From positions 800-64,799 of the forward strand of contig DF237470.1 in the NCBI GenBank assembly GCA_000708835.1: 64,000 bases of DNA. Reading direction: 5' to 3'. Origin of the DNA: Klebsormidium nitens (Eukaryota > Plantae > Klebsormidiophyceae). Position 1 is the first letter of the stretch; every line of letters begins with the position of its first letter. The notes beneath the pieces were generated by a model. That model was not told the DNA's origin, ran no database searches, and saw nothing but the letters and a program-made list of their open reading frames with translations. Of the stretch, positions 25,601-36,412 are shown piece after piece. Position numbers and translations under genes: made by a program.

Positions 25601-28600
25601 TGCCGTGTTCTTTTGACGTTTGGAGATGCTTCAGGCATTCTGCAAACACGACTCGACGCAAGAACGGTGAGACATGCGCCAGTCTAGCCTCTGAAATGAT
25701 TTGACTAGACAGGACTGAGATCGGCGCGCGTCACCTGAGGCATTCAATCTGTGACTTTCTCAGCCATATTTAGGCCCTGGCAGTACTTGAAGCACCTCGC
25801 TTGACCAGAGTTGCCTCGACAAACCTGAGCGGCTTTTCCCAGAATTGTCGCACATTTGTGTTGGGCTGCACCTATATCTGCGGCGTTTCAAAAATCGGGT
25901 TTTCCAACCAGACAGAGTCGTTACACTCGGAGGGGGCAGATGGACAATGTAACATACCGTGGGTGGCGGTTCCTTGGCCTTTTGAGCTTGTGTCGCGCGT
26001 GGGGGCAGACTTTGGAAGGGCAGACCGGGAAAACCTAGGTTGGCATCAGGCAGCCACCGGGCCATCCAGCAAAAGGCAGTTCGCCAAGCGGTGCTGAACG
26101 TGACGCCTGCCAAAAGTCGGAACCGTCGAAGTCAGGAACATTATAGAAATAGACTCGCAGGGTTGTTCCGGTCAGAAGCTGGATTTACTTTTATGACCAA
26201 AGTCAGGCAGTAGCCGGACATTTGAGAGGTTGCAGCGCGATTTTTGATTGGAAAACCTAAGTCTGGTTATCGAGCCAAATTAGCGATTTAAGCCTTCCTG
26301 TGGCTACAGCAGCACGCTTTCGCGGACGGAGAGGAGGAGATTGAGCGAGACGAGCAAACCTTGTTTGTCTTCTCCCAGCACCTCTGTATGACGCGAAGTG
26401 TTTGGAGGTTGCTAACATGCCGCATCAAAAATATAACTTTCTAAGTGCTTCTCACGAAGACCTCCAAAGAAATGGGAAATGACATTCGCCTCAAAGTAAG
26501 AAAAGTAGCAATGTGATGAACAGGGAACAGGAAAAGGCTTGCATTTCAATTGCTTCACATCTGAAGCTGCATTCCAATATGCTGATCGGCTGCGCATATA
26601 TCCCAAAGTACGGTCCAGCAAGCAATCCTGAAACAAGCAGCTCTCGCACGCCAGCGGTCAACTCTGACATTTAATGCAACATTCGCTTCTTTAGGCAGCC
26701 GTCCTCTGGTCAAACGGAGCGCTCTAGCAGAGTTCACCTGGATTTGGATTCGCCTCTAGGGTCGACTCGAGCTGCTCCTCCCCGTCCGCAAACGGCAGGT
26801 AGAAGAGCTCCAGTCGGGCACGTGCCCTGGTCGGCTCCATGCTGTGTCCGGTGCTGGTGCTGGCCGCGGCCGGATTGCTCGAGGCGGAGAGAGCGGGCTT
26901 GCTGAACTCCAGGTCAACAATAAGCGGGCCTCCCCTGCAGGACACCAAACCCCGTCAGACTCTTAGTCGCGGCATATAGCGAGAAGAGAGCAGGGAGTGC
27001 TAGAAAGTGAGATTATCCGGAACGGTGGCTGCTACGATGTAGAGTGTCCAATGCGAGCCTTTGGCTTCTGTTGAGGCGCTGAGACAACAGGAAGTATTCA
27101 ATGGTGAACCAGGTTTATCTTGAGTTGCCTTTCAGTAAGCCAAAGAGACGTTTTTTCGTGTCGCTTGCAATAGTCAATGGCTCAATTGCAACATAGTACC
27201 ATGCCTGCTAATACTATCGTACGTGAACAAACTGCCGCTTGCAAAGACTCAACCGAACCTTAGAAGAAAGGGGATCAGAAGCGCGCGAGTGCGCGAGCCT
27301 TGCAGATCGAAGTGAGGCAGTCAGCATGAGCTCACTTTTCTTGGAAGTTGCCAAGCGCCACGGTCCTCTGGATTTCGCTATCCCACTCGTCGTTCAATTC
27401 TCCCCCGTCAATGGAGATGCTCACGGGCCCTTGTTCACGTTGATCGGGTCTGACTTCGGCAGCTTCGTTTGTGGGGAGAAGATACTTGTGGTACACGTCC
27501 TTCATAAAGGTGCGCAATCTGGCGCTGTCGTATGTGCACGCCTCTGCGTTCAGCTTGGTAATGGTCACCTGCAAAGAATTGCTCATCCTTATCTTATCTT
27601 ACCATCAATTTTATCTTCATCGCTTGTCGTTGTGAGAAGCAGAGCATGCAGCATTACCTTGCTCACAAAAAAAGGGTCTTCCAAGTGGTTTAGAAGTTTT
27701 GTTTTGGCAGGCAAGTGGCTCCAATTAGAAGTCGTTAGGTCAAGCCCCCATTTTCACGGCTGCTCTCATTTCTTCGAAGCAATGCGGACCAGCCATCCTT
27801 CCCTGGCGCACGCGCACGTCTTCCATCCTACACTAGCAAAAGTACAAAAGTACAGGACGTTCTGAGGAAGCTGGGAGGTCATCGTCCGTCCAAAGAGGTT
27901 TGATCAACAGGGTCAAATTCCAGAAGAGGATCAACATTCTGATGTTGGCAGTTGCACGCTTTGTTTCGAGGCCATTTTCAAGAAGCAACTCAAAGAATTC
28001 CACGTCAAAGAACTCACCCGCGTGAACCCCTTGTACGGAACCTGAGACGGATCCGGATCGCTGTTGACGCTGCCGGCGGCCTGCCACTGCGACTCCTCGA
28101 GCTTGTCCATGTCTAGTTTCAGCTCGGTGACTTGCTTCGCCCCTCGCTTTTTGGATTGAACGGTGGCCGCTCTGCCGAGGTGGAAGCACGCTGCTTTGGC
28201 CCCCACCCCGAACTTGCCGATGTAGGGGAGCCGGAAGGGTGGGGGCACCTTGGTGCTGAGATCGTGCACGTTGACGTTGCGGGAATCGCCGACGGTTCCC
28301 CTGCAATAACCAGAAGAAAGAGGGTATTGTTTCGAGTAGACATGCCATGTTACGAAACAAGTCAGGATCTTCAGATAACGAGCGCAGACACGTTGCGGTC
28401 AGAGAAACTTCAAGCTCGGGTTCTTCGAGACGGTAGAAGAAGTTTCGAACTTGGTTCGGGCACAATAGCTAATTCAATCCTCAAAACAGATTTGAGTCAC
28501 CAGTTCTCAGTTAGCAAGTCGTTTTCCAATTGGAAATGAACGACGTAGTCGTCAGTCTGGGATCAGTTGGCCGACTTTCCGGAAGAGATGCTTTGAGGAG

Positions 28601-31485
28601 CTCGGATGAAGGGATATCGGAAGAACGCTTCCTCGTTAAGATCGTTTAGCGATCTGCGTGTTTGCCGAAGCACTCAAAACGTGCCAAACCGTTGCTGCAT
28701 CTTGTCATTGTCACTGCAAGCTGCGCCTTACCAGGAGTTGATCTCTTGCTCGTCCATGCCACAGCCGCTGTCCGTGATCTCGACCGACGCGTCTGTGATC
28801 TTGATGCTGCGACAAGCATGCGTTCTTATCAGAATGCATTCGGATTGCTTCTTTGAGTGACCTCCGAGCAACACACGAGAACGGATAGAATAAGACAACG
28901 CATAGAAATACATCACGAGCTGAGTGCCTCGTCGAAGCTCTTGCAATAGAGACCTGGAGATCCATAGTTGCATCACTCTCGGGGTGCTTTCCACAGGCTC
29001 CCACATCTAAGGAAAGACGAAGACTTGCAACCAGTCATGCTCACCTGATCCTCCGGTGAGTATCGAGTGGTTCCATCCAGATCGCTTGGAGGCAGTTGTC
29101 CTGCAGAAAGATGCAGATTCCACATCTGAGCAGAGTCGAGCCTCTTCTCGCATTGAGAAGGGAGTCACAAGCCCGCACAAGCCTCGGGTTCATTGGCCAA
29201 GTATCCTTGCTAAGCTGCAGCTTTCTTCCACTTTCGAACCAAGGAACGTCAAGCCGGCAGAGGACCAGGTCATTAGAAGAGGGGAGCCCTTGAAAAGACG
29301 CAGCTTCGCACAGCCTTGCACAATCTCGAGCAGAAAGAACAAACCCATCCTCAATGATTCTTGTAACCGACAAATTCTGAATTTCTTACCACGAGCTCAG
29401 CAACTGCTGTGTAGAAGGTATACTGGGTGGAAGACCTAGTGAGCACTCCGGCTTTGGGGACCAGGTTGTACATGGTGTCAAACTTCATGCCGTCAGGATG
29501 CCCTCGATCGCTCTGCAAACACCAAAGAGGCAATTTAAGAAGATGCTGTGACTGTCATGACCAGCAGATACTCTTCCAGCAGAGTTGGAAACAGTTGATT
29601 GAAGGGAACAGATGACGTAATCATGTGCCAAAGATCGATGGCAGCTACTGGGCTGGCAGAGGTGGCAATTCGTCCGCCAGAAAGCGCCTGCTGCAACAAC
29701 AGTACTGTTTCATATGGCAACCTGACTTGATAATGTCTTCTTTTTCTTTACATGTGAAGAGAGCCTCTCGTTCATTTGAGACGAGTGACAAGAAAAAAGA
29801 AGTTCTTGAATGTCCTGTTAGCATCTGAAGGACAACTTCAGAAGGTGGGACTACTAGAACTGTAATCAGATAAATACAGTCTACTCAAATCTTTGACAAG
29901 ACAATGCCCTCTTTGCCGCATATTTCACTAAGGCAATGCAACTGCAACATGCACGACAAGGGAGCACATGCCTGCAAATAGCAAAAAACGGGCTCCAACT
30001 CTGGGGAATCCTCAGGCTCAATGCATGCACTGAGGATGTGAGTGGTTGTCCGAGCCTTGCGATGACGTCCTTAGAAACTTGTCCTGCCCTGCCTGGTCCA
30101 AAACCTTCATGCATCAATGTAAAGAGTGGACGGCACTCACCTCCCGAAAAATCCTGAACTTGGCGTCTGATGGCAGGACCTCCTCAGCCAACCGCGTGTC
30201 TGTCAACCTGCCCTTGTAGTCCTCCAACCAAACAGCTCCCTGATTTGGTTCCACGCACGAGGGCCACTCGACGCCCAAACTCCGAGCGACCGACTACAAA
30301 AGGTGGGAAATGTTTCTATGTGGAACCAGAAGGTATGTGAAGACAGAAGGAACAATTGTTGTACAGAAAACTGAATGAGCGCACTTTCAGCCATTTCTGC
30401 TTTCCCTTTGACATACTGTTTTGTGTCTTGGGAGGCCATTACAAGTGAATTGCACATTCCAGTACCACCCCTTACCAGTGAGGCAGAGTGGAGTCATCGT
30501 TAGCCTTGGCTGAAAGAAAAGTGCCCCTAGAACTTTATGGTTGCTCTCGCTTTGAGAAGCTTCTTTCGCACAGCATCCTGGTGAAAGTTGAAACTCCAGA
30601 CAATAGTGCCTGATTTTCAGCAGAACAAATTTTATCAAGCTTGAGATGGTCTTTTGTCAGCTTGGCCTCCCCATCATTGGTGGTTGCATATGATTTACAG
30701 GGTCACAGGCATGCTTGCTTGAACCTTTTGCCAGAAAGCTTGCTTCATAGAGTCACCACCTCACCGTGCCCTCATAAAGCTTGGATGCCCCAGGATCCCA
30801 TGCAAGAACCTCTCAAGAATACAGAAAGAAAAAGAGAACTCAATTCACTGAGAGTTTCCTCATATCAAAGAACAGGCACAGCATTCTGATATGCCTGATT
30901 CCAAGCAACACATCTTACCAGGCTTGAAATGTTCCTTTGTCAGCTTGGCTTCCCCATCACCATTGGTTGCATGAGTTACACAATCACAGGCACTCACTAC
31001 TTTCCTTAAACGCTGAGTGCCCCCAGCACACAACGTCAAATCCGTAGAAAACCCCTTGGAATCACGACAGAAGAAAGGAATTGGACTTAATTTACCTCAA
31101 CAATGTGCAGAAAGGCTTTTACAGTCTTGGCCTCATCCAGCAGCTCCATTTCCACCTTCACGTCCCCACGATTTCGGCTCTGCAGAATGGTCACACACGC
31201 TGCCGTCCTTTTCTCCAATCCCGCCCCCTTGCGGCGCTGATTCCCCCGCCTTGCTGATGGAGACAAGCCTGACTTGTCTGAAAGTGCGTCATGGTATGAT
31301 GTTGCAACTGAAGCAGAACTGCCTAAGTCAGCTGCTGCAGGAGTCCCTAGGCTCAGCCTAGCTGCGCGCTGCCTCTGCGCAGGGGTGGAGAGACTAGGAT
31401 CGCCGCCGGGCTCTTGTGTGAGGTCAAGCACCGGCGGCTGCGCAGCGCCGCCTGAAGTGGCTTTCTCTGCGTCTCTAGTCGACAT
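7666..31485 (-). CDS. GMI1: SMCHD1/GMI1-type protein: GHKL ATPase + transducer + long linker + SMC hinge (~2,200 aa, ~32 exons)
   Basis: Phase-consistent exons (5'->3'): 31485-31096, 30293-30141, 29512-29390, 29100-29045, 28806-28732, 28300-28018, 27568-27336, 26934-26738, 26106-25958, 25207-24923, 24390-24137, 23652-23514, 23299-23186, 22158-21973, 21493-21324, 20909-20698, 20276-20155, 19768-19640, 19090-18737, 18225-18079, 17608-17216, 16413-16078, 15903-15837, 15407-15177, 14660-14026, 13452-13156, 12448-12290, 11683-11513, 10962-10817, 10243-10114, 9312-9197. A putative coiled-coil terminal exon at 7905-7666 has an unresolved junction phase. GHKL motifs: AVAELV|DNCLQA, ITDSGCGMDEQEINSW, IGKFGVGAKAA. 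Hinge motifs: LLGVVAFLGRVEDD, PPEGFLGYAVNLI, YGLRASLFFFLFGRLQVY, which match GMI1/DMS3 hinge sequences as I recall them. Additional or alternative exons are possible. Confidence 0.9.
9197..12448 (-). other. SMC-hinge domain exons of the SMCHD1/GMI1 gene
   Basis: GVVAFLGRVEDDTLNTRLMEWIGGKKDSVVCR|TEEGRAAC...|...PPEGFLGYAVNLIHL...|...YGLRASLFFFLFGRLQVYDT...NAV|TIGPGSIT...PGVNFERV. The domain is preceded by a coiled-coil exon (13156-13452). Confidence 0.88.
27336..29512 (-). other. GHKL (HATPase_c) ATPase domain exons of the SMCHD1/GMI1 gene
   Basis: Spliced motif I (E..DN), motif II (DSGCGM), motif III (GKFGVGAK) and GFTR|VTITKL are in canonical order. Confidence 0.9.
30638..30992. repeat. Dispersed ~75-bp direct duplication in intron 1 of the SMCHD1/GMI1 gene
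   Basis: 30638-30711 (agcttgagatggtcttttgtcagcttggcctccccatc...cacaggca) vs 30921-30992 (ggcttgaaatgttcctttgtcagcttggcttccccatc...cacaggca). Confidence 0.8.
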
Positions 31486-32768
31486 GCTTGTTATGAGGTT
31501 TCACCACTTAGAGCAACTACGCAGTCACTCTGGCTCTCAAATTGTCCAAAAAATGGGGCTCAATGCTGCTGCAACCATCAAAAGAGTCGCCACCACCACA
31601 TCAATCTCTCGCCACCACCTTTGCTACGTTGCAGCTTGAGGAGCCACGTGACGCACTACCCTCCGCTAGCGACAAGGACGTCTGCTGGGATAAGCTGCAT
31701 TCCAGCTGGTCTTCGCCACATTTGTCGTCCTTCATGTTGATCAGCTCATCAGCGTCAAGCAGAGAACTTCTGTCAACAAGTGAGAAGTGGACATTCCAAG
31801 ACTCAAGAGTTCACTTTGAACAAGGAACGTGAAGCGTTGAAGCGCAGGCTCCCGTCCACATTCGCGCCCAGTAATAAGAAAGGAATCACAATTGCCACAG
31901 CTTCTGACCACGTGGATTTTGCAGCGGTACCTGCAGACGGATACACCTTAAAGAGTGTCGCCGAGAAATTAGCCATGCGGTAAGGGATACCGATTAAATT
32001 TAGCGACTTCGAATGAAGGATCTGGGCCATATGGTCGCCGAAGCAGCCACACGGTCTCACATCCTGCAGGCTCGTCGCGGCAGTCGTCATGGCGGCATTG
32101 CATGGGTTGCGCCGTTCTTCAACTTCAAGTGGATTTTTTTGATTCAGATCTTGCTGCCCATGGATTAAGAACAATGGTGTCTATATGAACCTTCGAAGGC
32201 AGCATTGTCCGAGGTTGTTAACATCAGTTGCAAGAGAACGTTTCTGATGACGGCCCAGACAACAACAATCTTGTAGGTTTCATCGTAGCACAGATCTTCA
32301 GACCGCATAACTTGCAGTGTCAGCTCGCAGGCACGTCCAATGATATCAGCACTGGGCCAAGATGCATCTGCAATGATGCGAGAGCTGACAACAAAGACTT
32401 ATGAATCCTTGAACGCATTGCTTAGTGCTCCAAACCTCGCCAGCAGAATGAAACCCCGTTTGCACAGAATTCCACTCAAGTTCTCAGGATTTGGCGCGGG
32501 AACATGAGTGATCGATCATCAGCTGTCCTGGTGAATGCAGCAAGACTTGCCCAGCGCATAGCCATGGCCCCATAGGTCTCTAGATTTAGTTACAGTCAGC
32601 CCGACTCATGATGCTGGGACAGGTGGGGTTCCCTAGGGGCTTATGGGTGAGCACGTGTGTGGAGCTCATATATGACCCGATTCAGGTTCTTGGCTTCGTT
32701 CTGCTTAACCCTTGAGCTGATTATAACTATTTCAGAGTGTTATCATGTCCCCTGCCCCCCGGGTCCGT

Positions 32769-35700
32769 ATGGATCATGGCCTCAAACGAGTCACCAAACG
32801 GTTTCAACGGTCCGGCTACCACCTGCGGCGGTGTCTCCTCATCAACTTGCGCCGCGTCGCAATTCTGCTTGCGATCCTAGTGGGGTTCTACCAAGCGCAG
32901 TGGCTCGTCAAACTCGCCGCAGAACCCTCGGAGGACGGCCAAAACCTGCTCACGCGGAGCATGCGACGCGCCCGTGTGCGGGACGACAAAATGCTCGAGT
33001 TTTCCCACAGGGATCCCCCGGGCCGGGGCAGCTCTTCGTGCCGGTTTCTCCCCCACTCGATCCCCGCGGAAGGGAAGCCCGACCGGCGATTGCGACACCC
33101 GGACGACAGCTGTAACCAGGACGAAGCGTGCACGACTGAGTTTGAGCGGGTTTGCTTAACCCGGAGGGAACCCGCACCGCCACCGGACCCCCCGTACTAT
33201 CGAACGGGCCGGCCGTACATGGACGTTGTGGGGGTGGGGCCCAAATGCAAGGATCAGAACGATCTGGCGGTGCTTTACGGGGGGCCGACGTGTCGGCACA
33301 TGGGGAAGCGGTTGCCGCTACGTGCGGCCGGGCCGCTGCCACAGACGGGGCTATTAGAGCCGGATGGGCAGAAGATTGTGTGGAAACCGTGCACATTCAT
33401 CATATACTGCGCGCACGAGGGGTGAGCGAAGTTCCAGGCTCCTTTTCCTCCTTCTCCTTAAGCAGGGAGGGGCAACGGAGCAGTTTCGCCCCTTCTCCTT
33501 CTGGACCCTCAGGCAGAATTTGCCTTTCAGTTGAGGATGCAACGCCGTGATTCAATGGATAGGAAGATATAGTCAGCCCGTGACCGTGCGCCTCTCTGTC
33601 AGATAAGTGCTGTTGACTCCTGGTTACGGGTACTTGTGGTAAACAGCAATCTCCAGGGGCCATCAATGAGTCAGAGCCTCTTTCCTTCGTTGCAAGAGCT
33701 TCTTTTCTGGTCGGGAGATGTGCAAGTCTTGTTGTAACCTGTGATGGGGGGGCAATCGAAGAGATGTTAGTGTACCGACAGATGTGATTTCTCGAGTAGC
33801 CAGCTGCACAGCCAAGCTCGTTTGGCTGACTTTCGTTTGCAATCAATGGAAACATACCATCGTTTTTGGAGTCAGGCTGAGGGCGAAAAAGTGGTACCGA
33901 TTGCAGAACTCTCCTAACTGCGTTTACTTACAGAAACCTTTCAGCTGGGGGAGAGGGAAGGGGCCAGGTTGCATTTGCTTACTTCTTATACCTTCCGCTG
34001 AACCTCCTTTTCTAACCCGATTCACGAAACCACTTCTGATGAATGTCTTCCTGTGCTTATCAAGCCAGTTGATGCTACTGCCCGCAGTTGTGGCATCGTA
34101 TACTTCTGTGGGTCATGCGCGGAGAGCATTTTCGACTTGCCCTAGTTGGTCCGATTTAATCCAAACGCCAAGATAAAGCGAGCGAAGAATCTTCTATCCT
34201 TGTTCTCCCAACTTTCAGGGTGCGAAAAACTAAGGGCCCCTCCTCGCTACCGTTTTCGCGGGAGTGTTCCAACTCGGATCACCAGTTCTGCGCTGTCCAG
34301 TCTCGAAGCCGCTTTTCAAGCAGTTTAGTAGTGACTCGCTCTTATCAGCCGCAAATTCTCTTTGTTAACGCAGGTGCGACATGAACTTTTTCCATGCAAT
34401 TGCCCTCGCCTACTACTCCACCTATGTCGCCGTTCAAAAACTCGGCCTTACGGACCTGCAAGGCATCGACGTTGAGTTCTACGAGAGCCCCTCGGTTAGC
34501 CCCAACCCAGACGAGGCCAAACCCCCCGAGTTGATTAGAAAAGCGCGCGAGCGGCACACCATGTTTTTGGAGGCGTTTCGCCCCGCGAGCATCAAGTTCG
34601 TCGATATTAGCCTGGAAGCTACCGTCCAGCATTTGGGTTGTTACGAGAGCGTCGCATTTGCGGGGCACATCGAGTGGCCCTGGCACTGCCGAACGACGGG
34701 CACGAAAGTCGATCCGATGCTCGCGGGGTTTTCCAGCTTCATCGCCAAGTCGCTCGGGTTCGCGCCCCGTCCGACGCTCCCCCGCGAGGACCACATTCTC
34801 TATTTCAAGCGCGAGACCACCGTTCGAACCCTGAGAAACTCAGCGGAGCTCGAAGCCGCGTTTCCGGTCCCGTACAACATTTACTCGCCCGGAAACTCGA
34901 ACCAGACGTACCGGGAACGGCTGACGGAGCTGATACAGCTAACGCAACACGCGAGCATTCTTTTCGGGATGCACGGCGCGGGGCTGACGAACGCGATCTT
35001 TGCGGCGCCGGACGCGGTTGTGATCGAGGTTACGAATTGCTACTACCGCATCCCGCTGTACCGTAACCTGGCGGTGCTGACCGGAAAGAACTACCTGGAA
35101 CTGGTGAGGCTCGGGAATATATTCCCGTATCTAGTTCCCTCTCCTGTGGAGGGACATAAACGCATGTTGTCCCTTCTCGCGTTTCGCTTTTCTCGTGCTT
35201 GGCCATCGTTATCCTTGTCACTCTGTGGCTCGTCCTGGCTTCTTTGCGGTTTAATGGGCTCTCGTACTCATTGTTTTGCATTTCGTTCTGCATTTCGTTC
35301 CGCAAATCGTCCTATTTTTAGAACATGTTTGCCGAACTTCCTCTTGTTGGAAAAGCACTGAAAGTCTCTTTCGAAGCTGCTCTTTCTTTCTTGCTCTACG
35401 TTCGCCTTCTCTTTCCTTCCACTATGCATGGCGATTGTTCTTCGTGGTCCAGCACTGAGATCGTAGCATCGTTCAGTTGCTCGCTCGAACCGCGAAGAGC
35501 AAGGTTGGGTGGTAATTTCGAAGCAGATCTACATACGTGCAGCTTTCAAAAAGTCTTTCGAATGGCCCCCTTCCCTTCCAGCAAATCTGCTTCTAATTTT
35601 CGCATCCGAGTTTTTGGTCCTCACCTCGTACAAAAACTTCGTGATCAGATGACGAGAGCCGCTCATCTAACGACGGCAATCAGGGTGCCTCGTGGCAATC

Positions 35701-36412
35701 GCTACAAAGTTGCACAACCTGAAACTGAGCTTCGGGACAAGACATGAGAACGCTGAACCTTCCCTTTGTTAGTCCATCTGATTCAGGGCCAACCAAGACT
35801 GGATTATCCGAACGTTTGTCAGAAAGGCTGCGCCAGTCCTCCCAAAAAGTCCTCTCCCTATGCTCGCTTGTGGAGGCGCGGGCTTCTAAGAAATCCATAT
35901 TTAAATCTATGAGCAGAATGCTCAAGGATGTGTCATCCAGCTCGCTTGCAGTTTTGCTCTTTGAACCGCAATCTTGGACACCTTCGAACAATAATCTCGC
36001 ACTCCCCACTCACAATTATGCTGCAGCTTTCTCTTTGGTGATTTGGCCACGTCTTTTGATCTTGGCGGCAGTTTACTGACTAAATCCACCGGCTCCGAAT
36101 GATCGAGACATCCGGCTTCTACTCAAACCCCAACCCCTAAACCCCAAACGCTGAACACTAGACCCTGATTCTGAACCCTGACGCCACATCTGAATCTTAA
36201 AACCCCAACCCAAGGCGCGCCAAACCTCCCTGCAGGTGGTCGCGGTCGACGAAGGGTGTAAAAAGCTTGGCGAAGGCGACTTGCTACACGTGGCGCATCA
36301 TGGGGACCATCTGACAGTCAACGTGAACGATCTAGCGGGCGTTCTCGACCAAGCACGGATAATTCTGCAACGGGCACGTGACAGAGGGAAACAGTCGAGT
36401 TGGAGACGGTAG
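32769..36412 (+). CDS. Glycosyltransferase family 61 (DUF563), type II membrane protein, ~519 aa
   Basis: Exons 32769-33421, 34374-35103 and 36236-36412 join in phase. There is an N-terminal TM segment (VAILLAILVGFYQA), NFFHA near the domain start, the GT61 signature LFGMHGAGLTNAIF...VVIEV...YRNLAVLTGKNY, and a C-terminal HLTVNVNDLAGVLDQA. Confidence 0.88.
36124..36215. repeat. Degenerate interstitial telomere-like (CCCTAAA-like) repeat in GT61 intron 2
   Basis: aaaccccaacccctaaaccccaaacgctgaacactagaccctgattctgaaccctga...aaaaccccaaccc. Confidence 0.55.
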
